Shown here: in pieces, positions 10,829 to 22,737 of the stretch
How the letters are laid out: the number at the start of each line of letters is the position of its first letter
Numbering within the stretch: position 1 is the stretch's first letter
Assembly: GCF_964204645.1 (NCBI RefSeq)
Contig: NC_134025.1
Location: 9,796,001 to 9,860,000 of the forward strand
From: Tubulanus polymorphus
Lineage: Eukaryota; Animalia; Nemertea
Direction of reading: 5' to 3'
Length of the DNA stretch: 64,000 nucleotides
Program-made: the position numbers and the translations under genes
Notes under the pieces: generated by a model
Seen by the model: only the letters and a program-made list of their open reading frames with translations
What the model was told of the DNA's origin: nothing
Databases searched by the model: none

Positions 10829-13042
10829 ATGGGCATGGACGAAGAAGAAACTGATGATACTGACTCGGCAACTGAATTACGAAAACTAGGATATGCTTAC
10901 TATTGCGCTCAACGAGCTGATTGTGAGAATCTGAGAAAACTGATTAATCAAGGGTTTGATATCGCCGAAACGCTCACTGCCGAATCTCATTGTCCGCTGT
11001 ATTTTGCTGTGCTTTACAATCACATCGATGTGGTTGAGTTACTCTTGCAATATTATGTACCGAAAGTAAGTAGGAAGAGTAACTATTTACTAAACATAGC
11101 GATCAACGGTGAGAGTTCCGATCCGAGGACCAATCGGATGGTCGACGTTCTGCTGAAAAGCGGAGTATCTTCGAGCGACGGTTCATTCATATTCATCCCT
11201 GAAGGAGAAACATTGACACTGGTCGAACGGGAAATTCTAAGTCTGTTAGAAAATGGCGGTAAATATCCGCGGAAAGAAACCTGTTTGAATAATGCCGTAG
11301 AGAAGAGGAACCGTGAGGCAGTTGATATAATTTTAGATTGGAATTATCCACAAAATATCGATGATCCATTTACCATTGAATCGGTCAAGTCTGTCCTATA
11401 TTCAGCTTGTAGACCGAATACAATTACAATGCTCAATCAACTTTTGTCGCGTAAGGAGATGAGGACAAATTTGCCGATTTGCGTCGTAACTACGATGTTC
11501 AACGCTGCAATGCAGGCCGGAAACAAGGACGCCCTCGAAGCCCTATTGAATATTGAAGGAATGAACTACAGCAAGCTAGTGCAGCTGAAGTCATATTGCG
11601 TTCTTGGAAGGGTCGCTGATGTTGAAAAGTTACTCGAAGATCTATCGGAAATTGTCAAAAAACGTCGCGATAATGAATCCGGTTTCGAGAGACTCCTTTT
11701 CTTGTGTGCTAAAGGAGGAAATTGTCGGGTGTTTGACATGGTTTATGAAGCAGCGGCTGAAGAAATTGACAACGTTGTGTTATCAAAATGTACCTCCTAT
11801 GCTGCTCAGCATGACCAAACGGATATGTTCAAGCGCCTTGTAGAGCTGGGAGCGGATCCTTTTATTGTAGATGAAAATGAACGAGAAGAATGCTCTGCAT
11901 TAGAGATGTGTTACAAGAGTGGAAGTTTGGATATTTTGGACATTCTCTTGGAAAAGAGAATGTTGGAAAATATGGATTATGAAAGATGTGTCATACGCGG
12001 ATGTTACACTAACCCATTTTGCATTTTACCCATGTACGCTACTGATGACAGTTCTTCAAGATTCTATGCGATGGCGGTAAGACTTATGGAATATTTAGGG
12101 AACTTAGTGAATATTGCCGATAGACAAGGTAGAACTCCGTTGATGATGGCTTGTTCGCACGGCAATATTGCCATGATCGAATTACTCCTTGTGAATGGTG
12201 CCGACGTGCTCTTGTCCGATAACAAAGGAATGTCTTGTTTTTCACATCTAATAGATTTCGAAGATAGACGCTTCAAGAGACACAACCCGGATGATAAGAC
12301 GACCCACATGCCATCCGACACGCATATTCAAAGTCAAATCCGAATTCTGGAATTACTACGTAATCATATCCCAAAAAAACCAAATACAGAACTTCAATTG
12401 TTGAGCGGAATCTTAAGTTGTTGTCTTAAGGTGCTGAACTTTCGTTTGATTCATTACTGTTTTGAATCATTTCCAACGTACGTTTTGAATCATTGGATAA
12501 CGTGTCAGTCTTACTGGAAGTTCATGGTATTATGGAATACGAATGAGTTGTTTGACACGAGCGTGCGCACCAAGGATATAATTGACCTGTGCGATATTAT
12601 GATCGACGTAATTGATCAAAAGGAGCTTTTCCTCGCGCATTTTTCGCACGATATTTGCAACATGAACCCGTATGTGCTGTTGTACATCATCGAAAAGGGT
12701 TGCGGCGTTTTGCGCGATATTCCTGTAAATGTCATTAGCGATTTGCTCTCGTGTCGAAAACCCGATCTCGGAATGATACGTTTCATGCGCGACTGCGGTT
12801 ACGATATCTATACAACAGTCATCAAATCGGTGAATGATTCCGACAGTTTCTGCGATTCTATTGCAGCGACGGCAAAAATTCTCGTCTCTACACCGTTATC
12901 GTTGCAGTGTTTATGTCGTGTCGTTGTCCGGCGACAACTGTTTCTCGTCCATCGATGGTCGGGATTTACGCAAAAAATTGCCGAGTTAATGCTGCCAAAT
13001 ACCGTGAAATCATTTCTCACGTTCGAGGGAAATACTTTTTAA
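10829..13042 (+). CDS. Ankyrin repeat and SOCS box-containing protein (ASB-like E3 ligase substrate receptor), single coding exon, 737 aa
   Basis: Ankyrin motifs CPLYFAVLYNHIDVVELLLQY and GRTPLMMACSHGNIAMIELLLVNGADVLLSDNKG. The C-terminal SOCS box reads PLSLQCLCRVVVRRQL...IAELMLPNTVKSFL. The ATG directly follows a T-rich tract plus TAG acceptor, implying an upstream exon. Confidence 0.9.
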   Translation: MGMDEEETDDTDSATELRKLGYAYYCAQRADCENLRKLINQGFDIAETLTAESHCPLYFAVLYNHIDVVELLLQYYVPKVSRKSNYLLNIAINGESSDPRTNRMVDVLLKSGVSSSDGSFIFIPEGETLTLVEREILSLLENGGKYPRKETCLNNAVEKRNREAVDIILDWNYPQNIDDPFTIESVKSVLYSACRPNTITMLNQLLSRKEMRTNLPICVVTTMFNAAMQAGNKDALEALLNIEGMNYSKLVQLKSYCVLGRVADVEKLLEDLSEIVKKRRDNESGFERLLFLCAKGGNCRVFDMVYEAAAEEIDNVVLSKCTSYAAQHDQTDMFKRLVELGADPFIVDENEREECSALEMCYKSGSLDILDILLEKRMLENMDYERCVIRGCYTNPFCILPMYATDDSSSRFYAMAVRLMEYLGNLVNIADRQGRTPLMMACSHGNIAMIELLLVNGADVLLSDNKGMSCFSHLIDFEDRRFKRHNPDDKTTHMPSDTHIQSQIRILELLRNHIPKKPNTELQLLSGILSCCLKVLNFRLIHYCFESFPTYVLNHWITCQSYWKFMVLWNTNELFDTSVRTKDIIDLCDIMIDVIDQKELFLAHFSHDICNMNPYVLLYIIEKGCGVLRDIPVNVISDLLSCRKPDLGMIRFMRDCGYDIYTTVIKSVNDSDSFCDSIAATAKILVSTPLSLQCLCRVVVRRQLFLVHRWSGFTQKIAELMLPNTVKSFLTFEGNTF

Positions 13043-13568
13043 GCCTATGGATACTGTTAGGCCCTGAAATAAAATTATGATCGCATAGCATTCCATAAAT
13101 TTTTGTAAATCATAGACTACTTTGCTTCTCATGTGATATATGCTGTTTGCTGATACGGCTATGCTCACCACCAATCTTGTTAGCCCCAGTATAGGGGCAG
13201 ACAGGTTTTGGCTTGCATATCATGTTTGCAGTGACACTTTAAATCCACAAATTAAGCATAGCAAGAATTGTTATGAACTTTTACTGAAAAAACTGTCTAC
13301 AGATAAATGCTCTATGGATAAAAAGTGAACACATAATATTGTGATTCCTAGTGACGTAGTAGGCCTACTGCAAATTATGATATGCATTGCATTAATAAAT
13401 TATTGTCATTCCAATTCCATGTTTTGATAAATAAAAGAAATGAAATCGATTTAAAATGCATATACTGGTTATTTATTCACAAAAAGGTTTTGAAATACAC
13501 AGCACTGAACCATTCTGAGCCACAAGTAATGGCCCGTAATATCACAGAATGTTTGATGTCTGTTATGT

Positions 13569-16500
13569 TTAGCTGACGATAGCTTTCTCCAGCATAAGTT
13601 GTCGACTCTGCGGTAAAGAATCGTATAAGTCAAATCCGAGATCACTGGCTTCATTTGCTTTCAAGTAGAATAAAACGTGATGACCAAATTCCTGTCAGAT
13701 AGAAGAATATAAACATTAGTTTATGCTATTCACTAGAACATCTACAATTGATTCTGCACTACTTGTTAACATTGATTTGAAATGACAAAATTTGATGGTC
13801 GCTTGGCTGGGTTCCAAAAAGAGGACACCTCTGCTCATAGCTGCCTCAGTTTCCAAATTCCCTATCTTTATGCATTGTTTTCCCCGGTTCTTCAAAACAA
13901 ACCAAAAATGAAGGTCCCAACTACCGGATTAGATGGTGTCTACTGTAACGGAAATTTTTAGCCCACTTGGGACTTTAGTCCCAGCGGGCTATTGCATTCA
14001 CTTTTCGTCCATCGTCCGTCCGTCCCTCCGTAGACGGAATCCAGTTATTTTGGAAAGTTTTGAAGACGCTTCAAAGTAATGTCTTGATATTTGGTTCATA
14101 CATGTACCTACCCTAGACACATCTTCAGCCCAAAAACTGGCCCTGCCAAAATCAGCATGTTTTACACATTTTTGAACGTTTTGAGGGAAATTTTGAAGAC
14201 TCTTAAATCAATTACCTTGATCTTTCGTAAATATTTGAATCCCCAAAGGGCCCATCACCATAAGAAAAATTGGGTCGATCGAACTCAAGATGGCCATCCT
14301 GTGACCTTTTTAGTGCCCAAAAATGTAAATTTTGGCCCGAATTCTGAGTTCTGTAGCTTCCTACTGGTTTGCCATTTCTCATTGCAATTTGTGATATGAT
14401 TATGGTGAGTTTCAATGTCATTGGGCTTTGCATATGGTCACCAGGGGGCGCTGAATAGTAGAATAACTTAGTATTTCCATATCATATTGGTACCTAGGCA
14501 TATTTTGTTACCCCAATCAATTACAAAATTGTAGCTGCTGACATGTGCTATGATTGTGGTGAGTTTCAAGGTCATTGGATTTTTTCAAGGTCATTAGATG
14601 GGCATTGAATATTGAAATTGTTAGATCATCTGAAACCACTTCCCAAGTGGGCATGGTGTCCCTGGACCCCTAGTGTGTTTAGTTGCTATTGGTCATTTTC
14701 AATAACTACATCAATAAATACTTAGCCGTTTTAGGCTTAAAACATGTTTGCAAAACAGAACCCTGATCCAAGGAATAACTAGAAAGATATTTACCTTATC
14801 TTTATTGTTGTTTGCATGTTTCATCATTTTCAGTTTTATTTGCTGGTATTTTCCATCTTGTAAATAGATAAATCGATTGACATGGTGAATGGCTATGACA
14901 TACATCAGCGGTGACCATTGTCTTCTCACACTTGGCATCACTAAAGCTTTGTAGTACATTTCTAGCAATTCGACATCTGATTCAACTGGTTGCAAGAAAC
15001 TGTTTAGGTTGATTGGCAGCTGAAAAAAAGATTTATAATTTGAAGACCAAACATCTAAATAGGAGAGGGAAAATCTAGAAAGCTCCATACATACTGGCTT
15101 TAATACACACTCGCACACACAATCTTTTCTTTGCTTAACCTACGTAATGTAATTTAGTTTCATACTTGAAAATGGAAACAGAAAATTTACCTCTTTCGTT
15201 GTTAAACTCATTGCGCGAAGCACACTGGCATATTCACCCCATATAGCTCTGCGGTACTTAATATCATAACGTTGTTGAATCGGCATTAGGACAAAGGAAC
15301 CAAAAACGGCATCACCAAACGACACTGCTTCGTATTGCTGTAGTAATGACGTATACCTGCAAAGAAATTGAGGGAATAGAAAGCATAATTTTGTATTAAA
15401 AGTAAAACATCAGGGTTCTTTATGTTCCAATAGTTTGTTACATCCTGCATAAAATCATGGTGAAAAGTTTTGATTATATCTGTTCAATCGAATGCATTTT
15501 TGATGAGCTTCTCTACGATATAAAAGCGAACTTACAAGTCATAGAATGAAACTATTCCAGGAATCTTCTCTTCGTAATCGGTCTGATTCTGTAGAAGTGG
15601 TTTGCAGTATTCTTTTAGCAATGCGCACAGGTAACAGTGTATGGTACTGTCAAGGAACAAGTCACTACCTAAAAGTAAACAATTTTGAAAAGCTGTATCG
15701 AGCTTAACACTTGCTACGTGGACTTGTAATGTAAATATAGCATTGCATACCAGCAATGAAACAACACATGAGTCTTGTAATTCGAGTGGCGACTGATATC
15801 TGATTCATTGTTTCCGGTCTCCATACATGAAGCATATAAATCCATCGGAGCATATAAGCGACCATACTAATCTCGGCTGAACTGATCGTGTCGGGAAGCG
15901 TCTGACTAGGGTCACTGGAATAAACGGAAACACAGTTTAGAGGAGTCAAACACATAGGTTAACATCTATCGCCATTCTACTGTACAGTGAATTTACATTT
16001 TCAACGTTTTCTGATAGAGCTGAAGTACAGGGTAGAACATCCAGTCTGTTGGCAATAATGTCTGTCCTATAGGTCCAGTTTGCATACTGTTAATACCAAA
16101 ACAAATATGTTCAACAACACATCTGAAAGAGAATTTTAAAATACTAATTACATCATCAATAAATGCTACACGCTTCAGAGATGAAAGCTTTTTTATCACG
16201 ATATGATAACGAACCTGGATTCGTAGAGACGATTTTGAATTTCTGGAAATGTCTGTAGGTACATTGCTCTAATACCGATTAGGTTTTCCACGCCATCTTG
16301 CAGCAGTTGGCAACGTGTCCGATGCAATTCTTCTCGCGTAGCGCTCGGTAAACTTTTGACCGATAAGCTCAAGTCCGCTATATCGAAACTGGATAACTCA
16401 TCGGACTCATTTTCCCTGAAGAAAATAATGAATACCCTAATTCAATGATTCAAGGATTATCAATAGCTCCAGGTTTAAGGCACCCCTCCCCAGATGTCGT

Positions 16501-19474
16501 ATGATAAAATACGTGTCTCTAATGAAGAACAAGTACTGACATAAACTTACATAGACAAACGTTACAACATAACAAATGACATAAAACGACATCTACTTAC
16601 ATGAAGAAGTCTTTATTGAATAGCACCGTAGAAAGCAATTTGTTAGCTAAATATTCGTCACCACTTTGAAGATGAGGAAGTAAATGTAATGTGAACTGAT
16701 GGACAAATTTCATATAAATCGTACGCTGAAATTAAATCAATGAAAATAAAGAAGTGTGTTTTAACTGGTCCGTTTACTAAGTACAATGTATACGCATGTA
16801 CCGGTACATACATCTGATGATGTCTGAAGAGCCATTTGCGCTAGAAAACACTGAACATTGAATTCAAACTTTGTGAAATAGTTTAACACAAGTGCCATCG
16901 GTCTGGAATGAACTAACAGCCTCATATACTGTAGAGTGTCGTCATCGGTCAGTACAAGTGGAAATAACTGTGATGAAAAAAACATGCAAATTTTTTGATG
17001 ATATCATACAAATGAAGATGATTCTTAGCGATTTTTATTCATAGATACGACTTTGTTTTGATTGTAGTAGCTGGTTTATCTAATTTTTCCAAAGACCATA
17101 CCTTGTCTATCATGCCCTTGTGAAGACTTCCTAACTCAAGCAGTAAACGTAGTACAGCTAAGATAAAATTATAAGGCGATACTTCAGTTAAGACAGGGGT
17201 CAAAAGAATAGATTTCTCCATGAGAGTGGATGATGGCTGCAACCGATTGCTTTTGAAATCCACTGGTTCGACTATCGCGCCGTAATCGGGATTGTTATCG
17301 CAGCGTTCACGAGACTGACGCAACGTCGACGACAGCTGTGACGAATATCGCCTATATAAGAAAAAGTGAAATGAGACTTCATTTGAGTCGTTCATAGCAC
17401 CCAGTTTCGTGACATTGCCTATTCAACAAACCTTAACCCAATATAATGTGATTTCATCGCCTGGCAATTCAGACATGGTCGAAGTAAAAGGCTGAAATCT
17501 TCTGCTAATTGAGTAACCTCAACAGCATTGTAGCCTGGCTATAAAAAGACATGTTTATGTTATTCAGTTTATGTTAGAGTAAGAGCTGGCAAATATGAAC
17601 AGGCGTTTATTTTAAGAAGTGAACAAAACCTCACCTGAGTTTGTATTCTTGATAAGTAAGAGGATAGCAAATTTAACAACGAGGATAACAGCATAGTGTC
17701 CATCCTCTACAAAAAAAAAATTCCAAATTTTGACTCGTAAATCCATTCTGAAAAATTTTATTGACACCCAACTTATTGGTTGTAATGAAGAAATTAAATC
17801 GATTAAGAGTTCAAGACTTTTTCGTGAAACCCTGTCCAGTATTTGCTCATTAAGGTAAAATATTTTGGTTCTGAATGGTTATATCCGTAGTATGTGATAA
17901 TAAAGTACCGTATGATAATAAAGTACTGTATGTACCTTTGCAGGTGTTGTCAGTTGTGAAAAACTACGCAGAGCTTTTTCAACATTGAGTAGAACTGGTT
18001 GCAGTAAGCCAGCTACTTGGCTCCATTGAATTGCTGGACCAGCCAGCTCTTCATCATCAGCATCTACATCCATATTATCAGCATCCAGTGATCTGAACAT
18101 AAAACATACCAGTATATTCATTTCTGATGAAGTTTATGCACCTTATATTTATGACTGTCGAGACAATTGCAAACGAACAATTGAGTTGTGTAGCGCAAGC
18201 TGACACTAATCTATTTACACAAAATACCTAAATTTGACTTTCTTTGAAGGATTTGGTGAACTAGCAGTGAGAACCATTGCCTCGAGTAAACACAGAATAG
18301 AGGCAGCCTGCGTAATCTCTAGTGGATCATGTTCATTTGACATCGATGAGACTTGCTGCAATTTTTTCATCAATACCGCATACAATTCACTAGAATTACA
18401 CAATCACATTAGAATTTATGGGTATTGCTGAATATTCTTTTTGGGAATCCAGATTTCTCACTGGATGGAATAACCTACCTAAATGATTCTGTTGCTAACC
18501 CATAACATGTAAGCACCGTCCATGTCCTATAGCTTTCGATCACTAAATTAAAGGCCTCCGAGTGGGGTAATTCCAGATCGCTGAAAAAGATTGTACATTT
18601 ACTTTGATATCAGTGCAGATATGCTATAGTATCCAAGTTTTTTATGTATTCAATGGGTTATTGAAATGCTAAGATGATTCAAACAGAACTTACCTTGTTT
18701 CTACAGCAACATATCGAGTTATACAGTTCATCAGTTTATATTTTGAAACCTACGAATGGAATAAACATGATAAACTAAGTCCTACACTAAAATGAATCTA
18801 TGATTAATTAAATTAGATTAAGCCATGTATCAATAGCTCTGTCATAGAACACTGTCAGCTTCTTAAAACAGAAATGAGAGGACTCACCAGCATAGCAGCC
18901 ATATGTCTTCCCATTGAACAGATAATTCGAACGAATTTCATAGCAGTTGGGACAGGAATTCCGTAGACTGAAGTCACCGGCGATGTTACCGATTTCCAAA
19001 CGACGGGCAGAAATTCTACCATTATGCAATCGATCAATGTAGAGTTCGTGAAGATCTACAAAGTATCCAAAGGGAAATGCGAAAATGAAGAATACGTTTT
19101 GAGTAAATTATATACAAGTCATTTCAGAACAAGAAATGGAATTGCTTACAGATATGTTGTCGACAAGAATGAAGAAATCAATACCTGATAAGCGGTTTGC
19201 TTAGAATGCCGGGCGATTCTGATTAGTACTTCCAGCGCCTGTATCACTGAGTCAGGAGGTGGTTTACATGTACATATTATGTACTTCAGACGTTCAATAA
19301 GCATCATTCTCAATAAGCCCTAAAACAATAATTTGTCCGTAAGTGATATCTTCAGTACTGGTATGCCAATTCAATGTAGTTGCGAAAAACAAAATCGTTT
19401 ACTTTGATGAGATCTTCCTTGACCACATCGGCATCAGTTTTCTGCGGCTTCTCTGGGTCGTCATCATCTTTGTT

Positions 19475-19513
<39 letters not shown>

Positions 19514-22039
19514 TTCGATAACAGGTTGCAGTGTTGAGAATTCTCTACCTCTGTACCAGGTGAAAACGCTGTCAATGCATTCCTACAGTTAGAACCATGG
19601 ATATGCACACAATAAATGCTAATGCAAATATCTATAGGTTTTAGTATTCGATTTTTAAAAAATATAGTCAGTTTAACTGTAGTTTTTATGCAGGAAACAT
19701 TCAGAGACTTTCCATACCTCATCTATTGAATTCGTCATCAGAGCATGCAGAGTCTGCAATGCAGCACACATTACGGATTCAGTGCTATCATCGAGCGCCC
19801 AACGAATAAGAAACGTTATTCCCGCGTCGAGTAATGTAGGAACTAGACACTTCGCTAGTGATGACGTAAACATGCCCAATTTGGCCTGAAAATAAATGAT
19901 TATTCAGACTGTAGAAGGAAGGGTATGTTCAATCGAAACGAAGTTACACGGAATTGCACTTACGTTCGTTATGATTTTAGTTAAAACATTCAGAGCCAGA
20001 ATACGTTGTTGAACGATTGCGCTGCGCGCCAGTTGAAATAAGTCTTCAAGAGAGTAGCCAGCTCTCTGCAGACAGGAAAATATTTCTGACATTTCATGCG
20101 AAAAATGTACATATTACAGAAAATGCTGTTAACTGATATAAATTACACTGTATTACCTCTGGTTCATCACCATGGTGATGTAATCCAAGATGAATTGGTA
20201 TATCAGCATCGCTAGATAAAACTTCCCCTTGTAGATTAAATCGGGCTTGAGTTGCTTTCTATGAATAAGAAATTGAATTTCGCTATAAAGCAGTCGATAG
20301 TTCAATTCTCAACATTTGTTCAATACATACCTTACTGTCAGCTGCGTCAGGCAGAGGAAGGTCTTTCATCATCCATTCAAGTTTGTCTTGCTCCATTTTA
20401 TTCATGTTCACCCAGTCTTTACTTGGTTTCACTGGTAATGGTATACCATGATCATCTAAATTGATATAGGCTCTCAAAATCAAAAATATTTTCATTAAAA
20501 AAATAATCATGACTGAGACAAACATTTTGCACAGTACTAACTGGCTTCCTTCCTTTCATTATTTGGTCTTAGTTCCTCGGAAAATGTGATGTTTTTACTT
20601 GTAGAATCCATTATCTCAATTTTTGGATGAACTTCCGATTCAGATTTTCTTGCATGTTTTGCTTTTAGAAATTCAACAATTTTTGGGTCTGGAAAGAATA
20701 ATATAGGCTTATAGTATGAAGCACATAGGACATGTACCGGGTATTTACTGGTATTGTATTATTACAGTCATGAATACCTAATGTTTCCATTAGGTTCTTC
20801 TGCTCTTCAAGAATTTCCGACTCAGACATCGCAGTCAACTTTTCGACGTTTTCTTTGTGAATCGTTTCCATATCTTTAGCTATATCTGGCTCTACCTCAT
20901 CTCCCTGACTAGATACAGCCGAGTTCTTATCATTTCCAGCTAAACAAAAATAAAATAGTAAGTTGGACCATTCAAAACATCCAGTTGAAATTGCACATCT
21001 CCAGATCAGAGCCACCAAAATGCAATTAAAATCCTTACAGGCTTTTTGAAAACACGAATGAGTTTTGTTTGAAAATCTGCTCGTTTTCTGTGTTCTGACA
21101 ACTACTCCGAGTTCTTCCGGTGACATTTTCGTCAGAGACTGGGCGAAAAGACTCTTCTTTTTACTTCCTTTTTCTGCTGGATGATGCTACAAACGAACAA
21201 AGTTGTTAATGAAAATCGACAAAATCACAGAGAAACTCAATCTATGGAAAGAACTCGATTCATACCTGATGTTCACCAATCTGAAAGGGCTTTGGGAATG
21301 CGTGACCTTTAATGCCAATAGGAACGCTGATTGGAATCTCAGTAGTATCCCTTTCCACAATTTCTGTGAGTATCTTACTTATGTGACGATCATGTCCTAA
21401 AATCAAACATAAGATATTAAGTGTCTTACAGGTAGGAATGAGTAACTGTTGAAATTCGAAATATCTGGTATCTAATACTGTCTAAACGTGATTCTGGGTC
21501 ATCAATTTCTTCATCCTGCTCTAGATCAGTTTTACTCCTTTGTTCTTTGAATCTCGACTTTTTTGCCGGAGGCTTGTTGACTGGTGGTGCCGGCAATGTG
21601 GATGGCAAACCTATGCAAATATATCAAAAGACCTTACTATCCCTGGCTTTCCCATTTCAACCCAAAACCCTACTACTTGCTGTTTACTCTCCTCCTACCA
21701 TACCATTATCTATTCTAATCTAGTAAGTGTGAATTCAGGTGTAAAATTGGTCTAACTAAACTATTTTTTAGGAGAAAACTGTAAGTTTTTCTGATTAGGC
21801 CTTCTTTTTGTGCTTCAAGGAAACTTGCCAGAACAAAATTAATTATTCACTGATTAGATATTACCATCTAACTGGACAATGTCTTTTGTCAGTTTTGAGT
21901 CTTTCAACACTTCATCTGACAATTTATGCTTATCGGCGCGTTTCACCACAGTTGCTGCTGGTGTAACTTTTCCGGATAGAAATGCTTCTTGAAGAGCCAG
22001 CAGGTCTTCTTCGGTTTCTTTCGTGGTGGGCCGCTGCAT
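13569..22039 (-). CDS. RPAP1: RNA polymerase II-associated protein 1, 29 coding exons, ~1399 aa
   Basis: Hand-spliced GT-AG exons with consistent phases: 22039-21865, 21610-21479, 21396-21266, 21186-21039, 20939-20778, 20688-20542, 20455-20331, 20258-20157, 20065-19964, 19885-19718, 19582-19403, 19319-19185, 19055-18888, 18749-18694, 18580-18479, 18389-18228, 18092-17936, 17706-17635, 17538-17432, 17351-17102, 16967-16812, 16725-16601, 16415-16215, 16122-15997, 15914-15751, 15668-15536, 15356-15191, 15019-14795, 13691-13569 (total 4200 nt). Family motifs: MQRP..ETEEDLL..Q..FL; [37 protein letters not shown] (RPAP1_N); [30 protein letters not shown] (RPAP1_C); IRIARHS; LLPTDW; YEAVSFGD. Confidence 0.95.
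13955..14676 (+). mobile_element. Non-autonomous Helentron-derived element (HINE/DINE-1/pearl-like) in the RPAP1 last intron
   Basis: Starts TTTTTA-GCCCACTTGGGA (13961-13972), followed by a (CCGT)n tract near 14012-14030 and two internal ~60-bp repeats (14397 and 14551). The exact inverted subterminal copy TCCCAAGTGGGC (14641-14652) is followed by the hairpin GTCC-CT-GGAC and CTAGT. Confidence 0.8.
14435..14453 (+). promoter_or_regulatory. CTCF-like motif inside the HINE element
   Basis: TGGTCACCAGGGGGCGCTG matches the canonical TGGCCACCAGGGGGCGCTA at 17 of 19 positions. Confidence 0.5.
19475..19513 (-). repeat. Coding (GAT)13 microsatellite encoding poly-Asp in RPAP1
   Basis: (ATC)13 on the + strand lies inside exon 19582-19403 and reads in frame as D13. 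Confidence 0.9.
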
Positions 22040-22199
22040 TGCTCTTTGCGTTCTGTATGAAAACAAAAAACCAATGCAATACCATACGAGTTAATGCTCA
22101 GCTAACATTAGATAAACATCGAGTAATCTTTGAAGTACATACACTCCAAGAGATTGAGCACAACGCTACACTTGACAATTTACGAATAATTCACTAATT

Positions 22200-22430
22200 T
22201 TCACACGAATTTCGTTTTTGTGGGCGCAACCATCTTGAATCTGCGTACGAGTCCGGATCCTGAATTTAGCAGTGCTTTTTAGTGCTTGCCCGAAATCGGC
22301 GTCCTGAATTTAGCGCTTGCCGAAACCAGGAAGTAAAGTACATGACAACAGAAATAAACAAATTGTCCCTGAAACTGCTGGTACTGACGCTAAATTTGAA
22401 GATTCTAGCCCCTGTATTCAGATAGAAGGT
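22200..22430. promoter_or_regulatory. Bidirectional promoter shared by RPAP1 (-) and TCTE1 (+)
   Basis: The ATGs are 699 bp apart, and each follows a 5'UTR intron (acceptors at 22053-54 and 22727-28). The region has TCCTGAATTTAGC twice (22258, 22302), an ETS site CCAGGAAGT (22326-22334) and an X-box-like half site CATGACAAC (22341-22349). Confidence 0.7.
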
Positions 22431-22737
22431 GCGTCAATGATATTTTCCCAAAGAAATGAATGAATTGAGAAGTTTGAAATTGTTTTTGTTAATTTTCTGG
22501 ATGCGTAAGCATTGTTTGGGCGCTTGTTTCGGTCTAAACTTTCAATCAAATTCAATTAATTGTATTCCCAGTTTTGTTCTATCTATGAGTTTTCACCTTC
22601 AGTTATGAGTATCCTATTTATGGGTTATTGTTGTATGTTTAATCTAACCCTTTGTTCAAAGGAGGAGCCTACTACACTTTATGTACTACACCAATCAAGC
22701 ATACACAGCATTGCTTCATTTTTTCTAGCATATCACA

